This document shows positions 35,521-48,072 of a DNA stretch of 64,000 bases, piece by piece; positions within the stretch are counted from its first letter, which is position 1, and each line of letters begins with the position of its first letter. The notes under the pieces are model-generated. The model saw only the letters and a program-made list of their open reading frames with translations. It searched no databases and had not been told where the DNA came from. The translations under genes and the position numbers were made by a program. The stretch comes from Chrysemys picta bellii (Eukaryota), in assembly GCF_011386835.1 (NCBI RefSeq), contig NC_088812.1, positions 11,470,001-11,534,000 on the forward strand, in the 5' to 3' direction.

Positions 35521-36453
35521 GTACAGAGCTCGACACGTGGTGTCCCCCTGCCAGGCCAGTTCTAGCTAGGCCGGGGCTTAGGGAAAACCCCTGGGTAGTG
35601 ACGGCGCCGGCTGGAGAGCCGGAGTTGTGTCCAGCCCCCATAACAAATCTGGTGTGTTCCTGGCAGCTGGGCCCTGACTCCTGCTATCCCCGTCCCGCTG
35701 CCGGTACGCCGCGCTGCTCCTTTGTCCCCAGGTGTATGGACGTCCAGACCCAGTCTCATGCCGCTGTTTTCGTGCAGCTCCCACCAATTTAGCATCACTC
35801 ACACATGCTCGCTTGCCTTTCCGTGGCTGTGATTCCAGGCTGGATCCAGAACACGATGGCCTGGGGGTGTGGGAGACGTGGCTGGAATCTCACAAGGAAC
35901 ACAGTAGCTGTTCTTGCGAGACTTGGACACTAGTGGGTGGACACATCATCACAGCCAGCTGATCTCCCCAGATTTTCCAACATTCTGGGGGCAAACGTTT
36001 GTGAGCCCCCGCCCAGCCCAGCCCCCAGCTCCTGTGTGTGCCTGCAGCCAATCCCCAGCCGTGCGCATGGATTTGTTTGTGCATGCCGTTCCCCCTGTGT
36101 TTTTTGCAGCCGCAACCAACCAGGGACGGGATGTGCAGAGAGCCGTCCCCACCCTGCTGAGTCTCTTCCCCGCCCCAGTGTCCCGTTTTCTCTGAACATG
36201 GCTCGCTCTCCATGGCGCGCTCGGTTCCGGCGGTGGTTAGGTAGCATTGCTTTTGCCAATGCTTGATGTGCTGGGGCAGCTTATGTGTGGGGCCAGGGGG
36301 CCGCTTAGAGCCGTGACGGCCTGTCCATTGCAAAGGGCCAAACCTCGTGCTCAGACGATAACATCCATCTCCTGCTGCCCTGAGCCGGATTCGCTCTGCG
36401 CCACCTACCCGCTTCCTCTGCCTGAGCCGCGTCCTCCTTTCCTCTCTCCCCAG

Positions 36454-36605
36454 TGGTCCGAACGGACAGCCTGAAGGGGCGCCGAGGTCGGCTCCCGTCC
36501 AAACCCAAGCAGGCCCAGGACGCCTCCCCCGTCAGCCTCATCACGTCGCTCGTCAGGGCGCACATCGATTCCGTACCCAGTGCCACCAAGCTGGACTATT
36601 CCAAG
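36454..36605 (+). CDS. NR4A1: NR4A1 coding exon 4 (T/A-box, hinge, start of LBD, 152 nt)
   Basis: ctctccccag|TG GTC CGA reads [19 protein letters not shown]...[13 protein letters not shown]...KLDYSK|gtacct. Includes the RRGRLPSK kinase site. Confidence 0.97.
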
Positions 36606-37973
36606 GTACCTGCAACTCGCAGCCGGGGGCCAGGATTCTGGGGTTCCCGGAGCTGGCTCCCTGCCACCCCCCAGCCCTGCCTGGGAAGGGAACCGTGTGC
36701 AGCCCACATGTCAGCAGAGCTTTGGGGGGCGAAGCCCTAGGGCCTGTGGGCAGTTAGAGAAGGGATCCTGGAGCCCTCGCCATCAATAAAAGGACGCGAA
36801 CTCCGGCGCTGTACGTCTGGGGCAGCATGGTCTGCTGGCTAGTGCGCGGGGCACACGAGTTCTCTTCCCAGCTCTGGGCAGGCAGTGTTCCCCAGTGGTT
36901 AGAGAGCTAGGAGGCAGGACTCCTGGGTCCATTCCCCAGCCCTAGGAGCGGGGCATGAGCTAGGGCAGAGTGTGGGGAGGCAGGACTCCTGGGTCCATTC
37001 CCCAGCCCTAGCAAGGGAGAGTGAGTTGGAGCAGAGCACCAGGTGGCAGGATTCGGAGGTTCTGTTCCAGGCTGTGCCACCTCCTGTCTGTGCCTGGCTT
37101 GTCCCATGGGGCCAGCCGTGCCCTGCCTCACTACGGGGCTCCCAGTGGCTTGGGAGGTCTCAGGCTCTTGGAGGAAAGCAGCCCAGTGCTCACGGGGCCG
37201 TGTGTGCTGACCACACACCCAGGCTTACCTGACCCCGTCAGCTTCCCCACACGCACGCAGGGTATCTAGCACCTCGCCCTGGCTGCAGGACTCCTGGGTT
37301 CTCTTTTGGGCCCTAGGAGGTTGTGTTGTCTAGTGGCCAAAGGGGGCTGAGAGTCAGGACTCCTGGGTTCTCTGCCCAGCATTCTGCACCCAGGTGGATT
37401 TGTCTGCAAATGAATCCCACCAACTGTGTTTCTGAGCCTGTCGTTGAATTTATCCAGGAGCTGGAGCCTTGGGCTCTGACCTCGGCAGTGAAATGCCGGT
37501 TGGCCTGGAGGCTCAGGGACCAATCCAGCTCCTTTCATCCAGGGAGTGCCGTGACCTTCAGAAACACTAAACCATTAACCCCCCCAGCGACTTAGGGGCG
37601 ATCCCCATTTTACTTGGCGGAAACTGAGGCAGGGCAGTGCAATGAATTGCCCAAAGTCACAGATTAAGCCAGTAGCAGAGAACCCAGGAGTCCTGACTCC
37701 CAGCCCTCCTCCCTTTAACACTAGGCACACTCCTTCCTGCAACCCAGACGAGAACCCAGGAGACCTGTAGTCGGTGCTAGGCAGCAGAAAACGCCCAGGC
37801 CCAGATGGGTGCGGGTTCCTGTCTCTCTGCTGCCCATGCGTTAACCTGGAGGGTGTATGATGGCTTTGAGAGACGCAGGCCCGGCCACTCTCCTGGGACT
37901 CATACTGCTATGAGTAGTTGCGCGGGCCGAGGCCCAGCCTGCGGGAAGCTAACCCTGCCCGTGTGCTCGGCAG

Positions 37974-38176
37974 TTCCAGGAGTCTCTCTCCTACCAGTTC
38001 GAGAAGGAGGACTGCGTGGATGTGCAGCAGTTCTACGACCTGCTCACCGGCTCCATGGATGTGATCCGCAAGTGGGCGGAGAAGATCCAGGGGTTCCAGG
38101 AGCTCCCCAAGGAGGATCAGGACCTGCTTCTGGAATCTGCGTTCCTGGAGCTCTTTATTCTGCGGCTGGCCTACAG
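37974..38176 (+). CDS. NR4A1: NR4A1 coding exon 5 (LBD, 203 nt)
   Basis: ctcggcag|TTC CAG GAG reads FQE...[52 protein letters not shown], then AG|gtaact. Confidence 0.96.
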
Positions 38177-38359
38177 GTAACTCCCCCTCTGCTCCGTAAC
38201 CCGCCCAGCCCAGCGGCTGCTGGACTCCGAGATTAGAGACACGGGATGGTGATGTGGCAGCCTGGGTCGGTGGATGGGCTCAGAGATCAGGACCTTGGGC
38301 AAAACCATCTACCGTTAGCGTTTCAAAGGAGGCTGTTGCTCAGGTCATCCCCTCCACTC

Positions 38360-38539
38360 GGACAGCCCAGCTCAGTGGTTTGAGCATTGGCCTGCTAAAC
38401 CCAGGGTTGTGAGTTCAATCCCTGAGGGGGCCATTTAGGGATCTGGGGCAAAAAACTGTCTGGGGATTGGTCCTGCTTTGAGCAGGGGTTTGGACTAGTT
38501 ACCTCCTGAGGTCCCTTCCAACCCTGATATTCTATGATT
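38360..38539 (+). mobile_element. Tortoise PolIII/SINE (tRNA head + CR1-shared tail) in intron 5
   Basis: A-box agctcagtggt, B-box gagttcaatcc, and the CR1-like 3' end gaggtcccttccaaccctgatattctatgatt shared with the CR1 at 11.3 kb. Confidence 0.85.
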
Positions 38540-38784
38540 GGTCCTGTGGTGCCAGTCTCTCTGAACGTCAGACCTGCTGCGTAGGGCCCCTAGTGCCTGG
38601 CTAACTGGGCCGGGATCCTGGCTGTTGTCACCGGTACTCCCTTCTGCTCAGGCTCCCTCTGTTACATCTCTGGTTTCTGCTCTGCCCCCACTCCCTGCCC
38701 TCCTCCCAATCTGCTGCCGGCAGAGCCCCTGGGCTGCCCTCCGTTCTCTCCTGACCACGCGTGGCTCTGCCCCGTCTCTTGCAG

Positions 38785-38963
38785 GTCGAAGCCGGAGGAA
38801 GGCAAGCTGATCTTTTGCAACGGGGTGGTGCTTCACCGGATGCAGTGTGTGCGGGGCTTCGGGGAGTGGATCGACTCCATCCTCGAGTTCTCCCAGAGCC
38901 TGCACCGCATGAGTATCGACGTCCCCTCCTTCTCCTGCCTCACAGCTCTCGTCATCATCACAG
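38785..38963 (+). CDS. NR4A1: NR4A1 coding exon 6 (LBD, 179 nt)
   Basis: ctcttgcag|G TCG AAG reads [40 protein letters not shown]...LVIIT, then G|gtgggg. Confidence 0.96.
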
Positions 38964-39840
38964 GTGGGGCGGCTTTGCACGGCTGCCGGGGGAGGGATGG
39001 GCAAGTCTGGTCACTGGACTGGGAGCCAGAGGGTCTGATCCCAGCTCGGACACGGGCTCCCTCTGTGGCAGTGGGCTGGGGGGTTATTGCACTGCTCACG
39101 CTGGGGGGGTGGTAACACTAGGAGAGCCTTCTACAAGCTGTGACCGGGGCCTCGGTGGGGTGGGGGGTTCGTGCTGTGGGAGAAGGCTCAGGAACTCTAG
39201 GCGAACTGGCTTCCTCCAGCTCTGCTCCTCAAGGGGCGGAATTCGCTCTGACCATTATTAACTTTCAGGAATGACTCCTGATTTCAGCACAATATGAGCC
39301 TCCTTAGAGGGGCCTGATTTCCGCACCCCCCTCCAAGAACCAGGCCCCGGGAAGATCTCGCGGGGGAGGGGGGGGCACCCCAAATCTCTAGGCAGGCCTG
39401 GACAGTTAGGCCTGTTTGGATCCCAGCAGCCCTGGAGGCTGCAGGCGGGGGGGCCGAGGCTCCGTCAGGATCTGCTTGTCTCTTTAAACCAGGCTTCCAG
39501 CACAACCTGGCTCCGTCAGCAAGGCATGCGGGGGCCTAGAGCCTGTATATACGCCGGCCCTTTTCCCAGCATGCCTTGCCATAGCCTCGAATTCCCAGGG
39601 GCCCGCTGCTAACTGCAGTTCCCAGAATGCCTTGCTGCTCGAAGAGGGTTTTGTGTTAAAGGGTGCAGAACGTGCCCGTACCCCTACCTCTTCGGGGTGC
39701 ATGAGACAGGCCAGGGGTTGGGGGGCTGTTCAGGAGGCCGCAGCGGGAGCAAAAGCCTGTTTTGCCGTGGCCCGGCTGTGCACACAACGCTATAGGATCT
39801 AGGCCGGGCCGGGAGTGACCGCCCCTCTCCTCCTTTCCAG

Positions 39841-40097
39841 ACCGCCACGGGCTGAAGGACCCCAAGAAAGTGGAGGATCTCCAGAACCAAATCGTCGGCT
39901 GCCTTAAGGACCACGTGACGTCCACCACGAGCGAGCAGACCCGCCCCAACTGCCTGTCCAAGCTTCTGGGCAAGCTGCCGGAGCTGCGCACCCTCTGCAC
40001 GCAGGGCCTGCAGCGCATCTTCTACCTGAAGCTGGAGGACCTGGTGCCGCCCCCTCCCATCGTGGACAAAATCTTCATGGACACGTTGCCCTTCTGA
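39841..40097 (+). CDS. NR4A1: NR4A1 coding exon 7 (LBD end/AF-2, 257 nt incl. TGA)
   Basis: tcctttccag|AC CGC CAC reads [16 protein letters not shown]...[45 protein letters not shown]. Exon sum 798+130+152+203+179+257=1719 nt = 572 aa + stop. Confidence 0.97.
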
Positions 40098-41060
40098 GGG
40101 GGGAGCAGCCCCCCGGGACCCGTGAGGCCCCTGCCACGGGGAGCTCGCTCGCTTTATAAAACGGGAGTTTTGACAGATACGTCTCCCCCCTGAGCGGAGC
40201 GGGTGGGACGATCAACGGAGCATTTCCAGAGACTGGGGGGGGGCGAGCCCCACAGCCAGCCGGGATTTCGGGGACTTGTCGGAAGTGGACAGAGCCCTTC
40301 GTACCTCCTGGTGGCTGACCCGCGCTCGGCCTCGGCATCCCGTCTCGTGTACCAAACCCGTGGATCGCGACGTATTTCTCTGTGGAGAACCCCGATGTGC
40401 CTTTAAGGTGATGCACTCAGACGCCCAATAGCCCTGTGCCCACAGCCAGGCTCTGTACTCACCGCTTGCAACGGCTGGCGCTTCACCACGCTGGGTAGGA
40501 GGGGCTGGTCCTGAGACACACGCAGGGGTGCCCTGCCCTGCCCGCCTGCTGCATCCTGTGGCCAGGCAGGGATGGTGCCGGGAGCGGGCTCCTCCATCCC
40601 CAGCTGCCAGAACCAAGCAGTTTCCAGACCCTCCCAGCGCTTCTTGCCTCCCTTGTGCTTTTGCAACGCTGCCCAGGGAGCGACGGAGCCGTGCCGTGGC
40701 CGTGGCACATGGGATGCGTCCCGCCTGTCCGCTGCAGAGACGTCTCTGTAAATAGAGGGGGGTTAAACCTTGTAAATACAGCTGAGAACTGCAGAGGCAG
40801 CGAGAGACAAGTAGGGGCACTGGGAAGGCTGGGAGGGAGACGCCTATTTTGTTGTTCTCTATCTGCTGACAACCATGTGGCTTTCTGTGCCTGGGAGGGC
40901 TTCCTCTCTCGTTTTGGCCTTTTCCTGTATATAAACTTGTACGTAAAACAAAAAATCAACATTTATATTTGTGTATTTTTTCGGGATTTACCATATGTGA
41001 CTTTTTTCTGATTAATATATATTTAATATATTGAAATAAAAAACATCCTGGTAGCCGTAC
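40098..41060 (+). other. NR4A1: NR4A1 3' UTR (end approximate)
   Basis: Follows the stop codon. Has an AU-rich distal part with ATTTA at 40961, 40986 and 41021, and three UGUAHAUA elements. AATAAA at 41035-41040. Confidence 0.8.
41035..41040 (+). terminator. NR4A1: Polyadenylation signal
   Basis: AATAAA at the end of an AT-rich tract about 940 nt after the stop codon. Confidence 0.75.
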
Positions 41061-44000
41061 CTCTCTCCCGCTTGTGCCGTACCGCTGCGGCTGGCAGTGG
41101 GGATCGCGCAGAGACGCTGGCAGGTTTGGGGCCGCGGCTCCATTGCGCTGGGCCCTGTACGAACTGAATGTTGGGGAGGGATACAGAACCTCCTGCTTCA
41201 GGGTGGAAGCTGGTCTCTTGGGGAGCGGGATGAGGCCTCGCAGGGGGCAGATGGATCGCACGCCTGCCAGCTGGGGGGTGTCCCGCCCCTTCCCCTGCGG
41301 TTGCTGTCGGAGATGGGACACTGGACGGACCTTGGGCGCTGATCCAGATGGTCTGAAGTGTCCCCAGATCCTGTTCTCGGGGGGACAGCAGGACCAGTGG
41401 CGTCTGGCCCGTGTTTTAAACGACTTCCCGTGGGCTGGAGGATGTCCCAGCTGCTCTGGTGGCCGACAAGCCGAGATTTACGTCCAGCCCCGCCCTGAAC
41501 GGTGTCTCCTGCCGGGCTCTTGGCAGGAGCTGGGAGCCCCAGATCTGTGCTGAGCTGCTGTCAATTGGCGGGCAGCACCGTCTCCGGCTGGTCGGTGGGG
41601 CTGACGAAGCGGCGACACAGGCTGCCCTGGCTGGCAGCCTGGCACAGTTGCTCCTTTCACATCCCCCTGGTGTAAATGCAGGGGGGGGGCTGGGCTGCCC
41701 TCTAAGGGGATCGAGCCCTGGAGACCGACCCCCTACGCAGCTCCAGTCCCAGGAGAGCCCTGCCCATGTGTCTCAAACCTCCCCTTCTGGGGCCAGCGGG
41801 ATGTTTAGTTCCCACAGCCCTTTGGGTCCCAGACCGGCCGGCAGTGGGGCTAACTGGGCCGAGAACCCTCATGACTCGTTCCACTCAACAGCAATGGCTA
41901 GCCAGCTGGCTTCCTGGCCCTCGGCGAGTTACTGAGCGGCCAAACCCAGGGCAAGCCCGGCCTGCGGATCAGCTGTCTCCCACGCCGTCCGCCTGCCTGC
42001 GCTCGTGATGTACGAGTGACCGTGCACCCGTGGCCTGCAGCCTCTGGTGAGCACCCCCAGCATTCGCAGCACTGAATGGCAGCGGAGCAGGAGATGAATC
42101 AGGGAGCCACATGTACCAACACGGGGAGCCGTGCAAGGCCTCTGGCGGGGCCCCGGCTCAGCGCTGCGTTTGGGCCGAGGCTCCCCTGCAATCCTGCACG
42201 GTCTGTAACAACCGCCCACCCGGCCGAGGGGCTCCGATTTCAGCTCAAGCCGGGCCGTAAGAACAGCTTGGACAGTGGGGCCATGTGGAAACTCTGATGC
42301 CCTTGGACGGTAACGAATATCCCCGGGCGGCTGCGGCGGGCTCGGCACCTGTCTCGCTGTTGATTTGTTCTCCCTGAAATAGCCTGGGAATCTCGATCTC
42401 CCCCGCCCCCCTCGCTCCAGCTGTAATGATTCCCTCTCTGGCGGGGCTCCCGCTGGCTGCCGAGCTGGGCCCGACTTTGCCGGGTTGCCCAAAGGCGGGC
42501 GTTTAAGTGCCGGGAGGCAGAGGCCGGAACCAGGCTGCAGCGGGGGGTCGTGTGCGGGTCTGACTTCCTGCTCTGTCCCGGAGCGGCCTGAGGAGCTGGG
42601 GAACCTGGCACAGCCGAGCGAGCGCCCGTGGGCACGGACCGGTCCGGCTGCCTTGGCCTCCCCCGCCCAGAGCAGGACACGCTGAGGTCCCCCACAGATT
42701 AGTTGTGGGTGCCCAACCGAGACACCTGGGCCGGGGCTGCAGAAGTGCACATGAAGACACTGGCCTAGAAACGGGGGTTCAAGCTGGGGGCCCCCCTGGG
42801 ACTGTCAGCCCAGCCCCTCCTCCACCCCCCTTCGTGAGGATTAATTGACGGGGGGACATCACGGCAGATCTGTCTCGCTTTGGGTCCACCCACTGCAAAG
42901 CAGGCAGGCTCGGCGTGTGTCATGCTGCGCTCGTTTGAGCTGTAATCTGGGTGTGATGGATCATCCCTCGGGAGCCCCTGGGGGTAGAGCCCTGCCCAGA
43001 GGCTGGGTGCGTGGCTGGGGCTTGGATCCTCTGACACGCTTGGCTGGGGCTTTGTGCATGGGGCTGCGTTACCTTCCCGCTGCATGTCTGGCACGGTAGG
43101 TGCGGCCGCCTGCCCGCTCTCTGCCCTCAACGTGTTGTGCTGTGTGGCTGCTGAGCAGCTGGAATGTTCCACCCCAGACAGGGCTGCATTTCAGCGCTGG
43201 GCAAGCAGTTCCCTTGGGGTGTTGCTGCGGGATGGTTAAACAGCGGCCGTGTCCCACCCCAGAGGTGGCGTCTCACCAATGCCACGTGAAGTGCCCCCCC
43301 CCCCCTTACAATGCTGGGCGCCTGCGGGCTGAAGAGTGCTGGACTGGCAGCATTGCGTCACTCGTGGCACGGCAGCGAGCCTGGGCATAATGGCCTCCTT
43401 TGATGCGGTGAGGCCTGCGATCGCGGCCTGAGGCATCCTGCTGCTCGGGGCCGGCTTCGTGGGCATGGAATTTTCCATCTGAATCCTGGGCCGGGCCAAG
43501 CGGCACATGGACAGTAACTCCATTGAGGCTCCGGCAGAACAGTGGGGGGGGAGGGGAAGGGGGTGACAGCAGGAGGAATAAACCAGCCCACACATCTGAG
43601 CCATACTGCAGCCCTGGGTGTGACGGGGGGGCCCGCGGGGCTGATCCTGGGCCCTTCACGGGAAGCAGGCAGAGCGCAAGGTGAGCAGGGTGCTGGCTTT
43701 AGAAGTGGTTGAGCAGGTTCCTAAACAATCAGGACACCTGGGTTCTCATCCGTGAGCTGGGAAAGGCGCATTGCTGGTGACAGAGCAGGGGACTAGGAGT
43801 CAGCATGTGGGGATCTAGTGGGTCAGAGCAGGGGGGGCTGGGAACCAGAACTCCTGGGTTCTATCCCAGCTCAGGGAGGGGGGTGGAGTCTAATGGGTTA
43901 GAGCAGGTGGCTGGAAGCCAGCCAGGACTCCTGGGTTCTCTCTCTAGCTTTACAATAGATTTTCATTGTGACCTTGTTCAAGTCTCTGTGCCTCCATTTC

Positions 44001-44632
44001 CCCACGGAGTGGTGGTTGCTTGTACCTCCTCTGCCTCCCAGGCTGAAGCTGCAGCTACTCACGGAGGTCGCTGGGTGACAGCTGGGCAGCTGTGAATAGA
44101 GACCAAATGCTGACACAAACACTGCCTCCCGCCCCCCCTCTCCCGCGTCATCTGTCCATACTGCACTGGGGTGGAAGCTGGACTCCTAGGAGAATGCCCG
44201 GGGGCCAGCCTGCCCAGATGGCCATGGGACATTTACACCCATGCTCAGATGTCTGCTCCCCCTTTCCCGGGGGCAGGGCCCCCCCATAGGCAGGGCTCGG
44301 GGCGGTGTCCCTGCTGCCAGGCCAGCACAAAGAATTCCAAAATGGAGCAATGGCGTTTTGCACCTTCCCCGTGGAGATCTCCAAGCACGAGCCCAATCCT
44401 GCTCTCGACTACGCCAGCGTGACGCCGCTGGCTGCAAGGGAGTTCCTGCAGCTCGGGAGCAGTTTGTCCCAGCACTTCTCCGGCCGGGGGATTGTTAGTA
44501 ACGCGTTTTTACGCGCCATTCTGAGAGCATTCTGCAAAGGGGCCCGTTGGAAGCCTTTTGGGGCAGGGACAGTTGTGTTCTGTGTTTGTGCAGCGCCCAG
44601 CACCCGTGTGTCCTCCTAGGCACTACTGTAAT

Positions 44633-44782
44633 GGATAGCTCAGTGGTTTGAGCACTGGGCCCCCTAAACCCAGGGTTGCGAGTTCAATCCTTGAGGGGGC
44701 CACTTAGGGATCTGGGGCAAAATCAGTACTTGGTCCTGCTAGTGAAGGCAGGGGGCTGGACTCGATGACCTTTCAGGGTCCC
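44633..44782 (+). mobile_element. Tortoise PolIII/SINE copy
   Basis: Same tRNA-like head (ggatagctcagtggtttgagca...gagttcaatcc) as 38360. 3' end truncated. Confidence 0.8.
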
Positions 44783-47700
44783 AGAGGGAGTGAACCTAAC
44801 AGGCAATGATCAAGTGATCTCTCTCCTGCCAGCGTCAATCCGGAGTGACTCTTTCAGACTCAATATGGTTACTCTGATTTTTAGCAGTCAGTCAGGGACA
44901 CGGAGATGATGTAATTTCCCTAAGGTTATGCAGCAAACCCAGGAGTCCTGACTGCCAGAGCACTGCTTGAATCACTCAACAGCAGCCACACTGCCTTGCT
45001 GGAAAAACCAATGAGGGAAATGCCTCTCAGCAGCGCGAACCCATGTTCCAATATCATAACCCTTAAAAACTAACAAATTAATTCATTTGGGGTCTGGTCA
45101 TTTCCCTGCTGGGTTTTGAGCCCCAGGAATCACATTTTCAAGATTTTCTTTGCAACCACGCGAGCTAGAAACGTTCTCTCTTTAGTAATGGGAGCTGAGA
45201 TGCTCACATAATCACCTGACTCCAGGAGGTGGGGCCTGAAGGAAAACAGGCAATATTGCCAGGCGCACAATGAAAGGCCAGGGTTGGCAATGCTGGCCTC
45301 TAACCTGGAGCAGAGCATGGTGGGCATCGAGAGAAGCCAGGGAATGAATTAATGTGATCTTTAGCGTCTCGGAGCCAGGCACGCCCTGGGAGACAGCTGC
45401 GTCGGGATCTGCCATAGGGTGCACGGCTCCTTTCCAAGTCTGTGGAATCTTTCTCCATCTGGGATTTTTATCCTTAATGTCCCCCTCCTCCCCGCTGTGT
45501 TTCTTTGTCACTGGCGGCTGAGATCGGTCCTGTGGGACAGTCTTGGCATCCTGGCTGGCTAAAGTGGAGCATTCCGGGGAGCCACTGGGACCGGTACTCG
45601 TAGGGGCTGGGGTTCTGGGCCCTGCTCTCTGTTCCAGACAGGACCATCTCCTCCTGGAGGTGGGCATGACCCTCATTGCTCGCTTCCTGGATGGGCCTGA
45701 GGGCCCTCCGCCAGCCACACTGCCTAGCAGCAGGCCCCCTGGGCCCTGCACAGGAGGTGTCTACAGCAGGCGGGGTGGGAGAGGAGGGCGTGTGGGGCTC
45801 TCTCTCTAGGCCTGGTTAGCGCACTCAGGGGAGGGGAGCGGTGGCCGTGAGTGAAGAGCGCGTTCCCATCACCCCTGTGCGAAGGACCGAGACGTTGGCT
45901 GGCGTAGCACTGAAGTGGTGTGTCAATTATTACTCGTTACATGTGTTATCATAGCAGCTGGGAGGCTCAGGCTTGGGCCAGGGCCCCATCGTGCAAGGCG
46001 CTGTACAAACCCAGAACAAAAAGCCTCCCACTTCCAATCTCCACTCAGGCCATGAGACAGATGGGGATGTCCATGGAAAGCAGGAGACAAATTGGCCGGC
46101 CCGCCTCGGGATCTCCAGCTGGCTGGTGGCCCCTAACCATTGGCAAGTTTTTTCTGGCTGCCGGGCCGAGGACAGTTGTGAGGAGAGGCTTAAGGAGGTG
46201 GAGTGAATTGTGCAGATGTTTCTGGGGAGCACCGAGGGGAGTTCCACCCAGGCCCATGGAACGGGCTGTGTCTGACTGCAGTCAGGTCCGGCCTCCGGCG
46301 TGCGCCAAGCAGAAGAAGCGCACGTTGGATGGACGCTTCCCGGCTCCATTTGCCAGTGGCCTCCATCTTGCTGCCCTTGCATGAGCTGTAAGAACACCCA
46401 GCGATGTACAAAAGCCGTCTGCCCCCCCCCATCCACCCCCTATGTTGCAAGGGGAATAACTGGCCCATAGAACAAATGTTAATGAATCTACCAAAGGCCC
46501 GCACCAAACAACAGGAGCATTGAGATGGGCTGGAATAAACAGCCGGCCTCTCACCAGCCGGGAGACAATGGCGGGTCTGTTTCGTATTGATCGTTAATTT
46601 CCCAAACGACAATAGTCAAAGGGGATGTGACGTAGCCGCCGCGGTGGAATCCCAGTGTGCGTTTTCCAGCACTGAATGCCGGGCGTTCTTGACTGCGTGG
46701 GTTTCGGAAAACCTTGTTCACCGGGAACACAAGAGCCCCCTTGCTGGTGCTTTGCGGCCTGTCAAAGTTCCCACTGCATCTGGGCTGCGGCCCCTCCTGG
46801 GCCGGCGCCTTGTTCCACCACCCGCTCCCGCCAGCTGGGCGTTCTGCTCCATGCCGCGCGCCCCAGTGCCTCTCTGTGCCCCCGCACGGGGCAGGAGGAC
46901 CATGACCCCATCCTCTGCCTGATGGCAAACGGGGTCGAAGCCTTAGCTCCATGGCCTGGTGGGCTCCCTCCTGCTCTGACTGTCCCTGGGCCACGTGCTG
47001 AGGTGGCGGTCAGGTGAGGCGAGCTCCCCGGCCTTCTGCTGGCCCAGCCGCGCGATCCCCTGACCTCCGGCAAGGCAGCTGGGCCGTGAAGTGCCGTGGG
47101 CTCAGCCACCTGTGCCCTGGGAGCAGGTGGGGTTTGAGGCAGAGAGAAGGAGGCTGCTTAGAGCAGGAGCTTGGGGTCAGAAGGACAGGTGGGGGGGCTG
47201 CTCTCCTGCCGTAGGCCCAGAGAGGGGCCTGGGGAAAGGCTGCGAGATGGGCGGGAGTGGTGCAGGGAACCCTGCTGTGCTTGCTCCAGGGTCCCTGGCC
47301 CGGGCCCGGGCCCGGGCTCTAAGGAAGGTGGGCAGCCCTGGGCGCAAGGGGCCGCGGGGGGCCTGAGCCTGGGGCCCCAGCGGGAGGTTGCTGGACGAGT
47401 GCTGGGTTTGCCGATGTCTTGCTCGCTCTGAAATGGAGGGTGGGGCTCTCTGATGCTGGCAGAGCGCCTAGCAAGAGTGGAGGTCAAAGACCCCAAAGAG
47501 GGAAACTGAGGCACAGAGCACCAGGTCCTGAGGCAATCCCGTCGCAGCATCTCATCCTCCTCCGGCAACGTGTCTGACGCCTGGACTGTGAGCGCTGCGG
47601 GGTGGGGCCTGGCGACTTGGCTGAACAGCCCCCACCCAAGAGTGCCCTGGCTGGGGCCACCAAGGCGCTGCCGTGACAAATAAACTCTGCAGGTGCCTTC

Positions 47701-48072
47701 ACAGCAGCAAGGCCCTGATCATTTCCACACCCTTCCTCGTCAGCCCTCTGGCTGCAGCAGGGACTCTCTGACCTGAGTTTGAACAGAGGCCCAGAGAGAA
47801 GGGAGGAGACCTGCCTTGCCCGAGGACATGCCTTTTCCCTGCTTTCTATGGATGCCGCCATTGGTCCCTGTGGACTCGCCACCTCGCTCGGTGTCCGAGC
47901 CGGGGAAAGCAGGAGCAGAGCCCTGGGCTAGAGCCCCTGCGGGAAGGGAGCCCCTGACACAGGGACAGCTCTGACTGACGGACGCAGCCTGAGAGCAGCT
48001 GGCACCGGACCCCGCGGGCATTCAACGGGCCACGTGCTCAGCTAGTGTAGATGGGGTAGCCACTGCAGCAGG

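Noticed and set aside
38360-38430. tRNA gene
   Set aside because: The tRNA-like head continues into a CR1-type tail, so it is a SINE. The same applies at 44633.
44766-44773. NBRE TGACCTTT
   Set aside because: It is a single site inside a SINE body and is probably inherent to the repeat.
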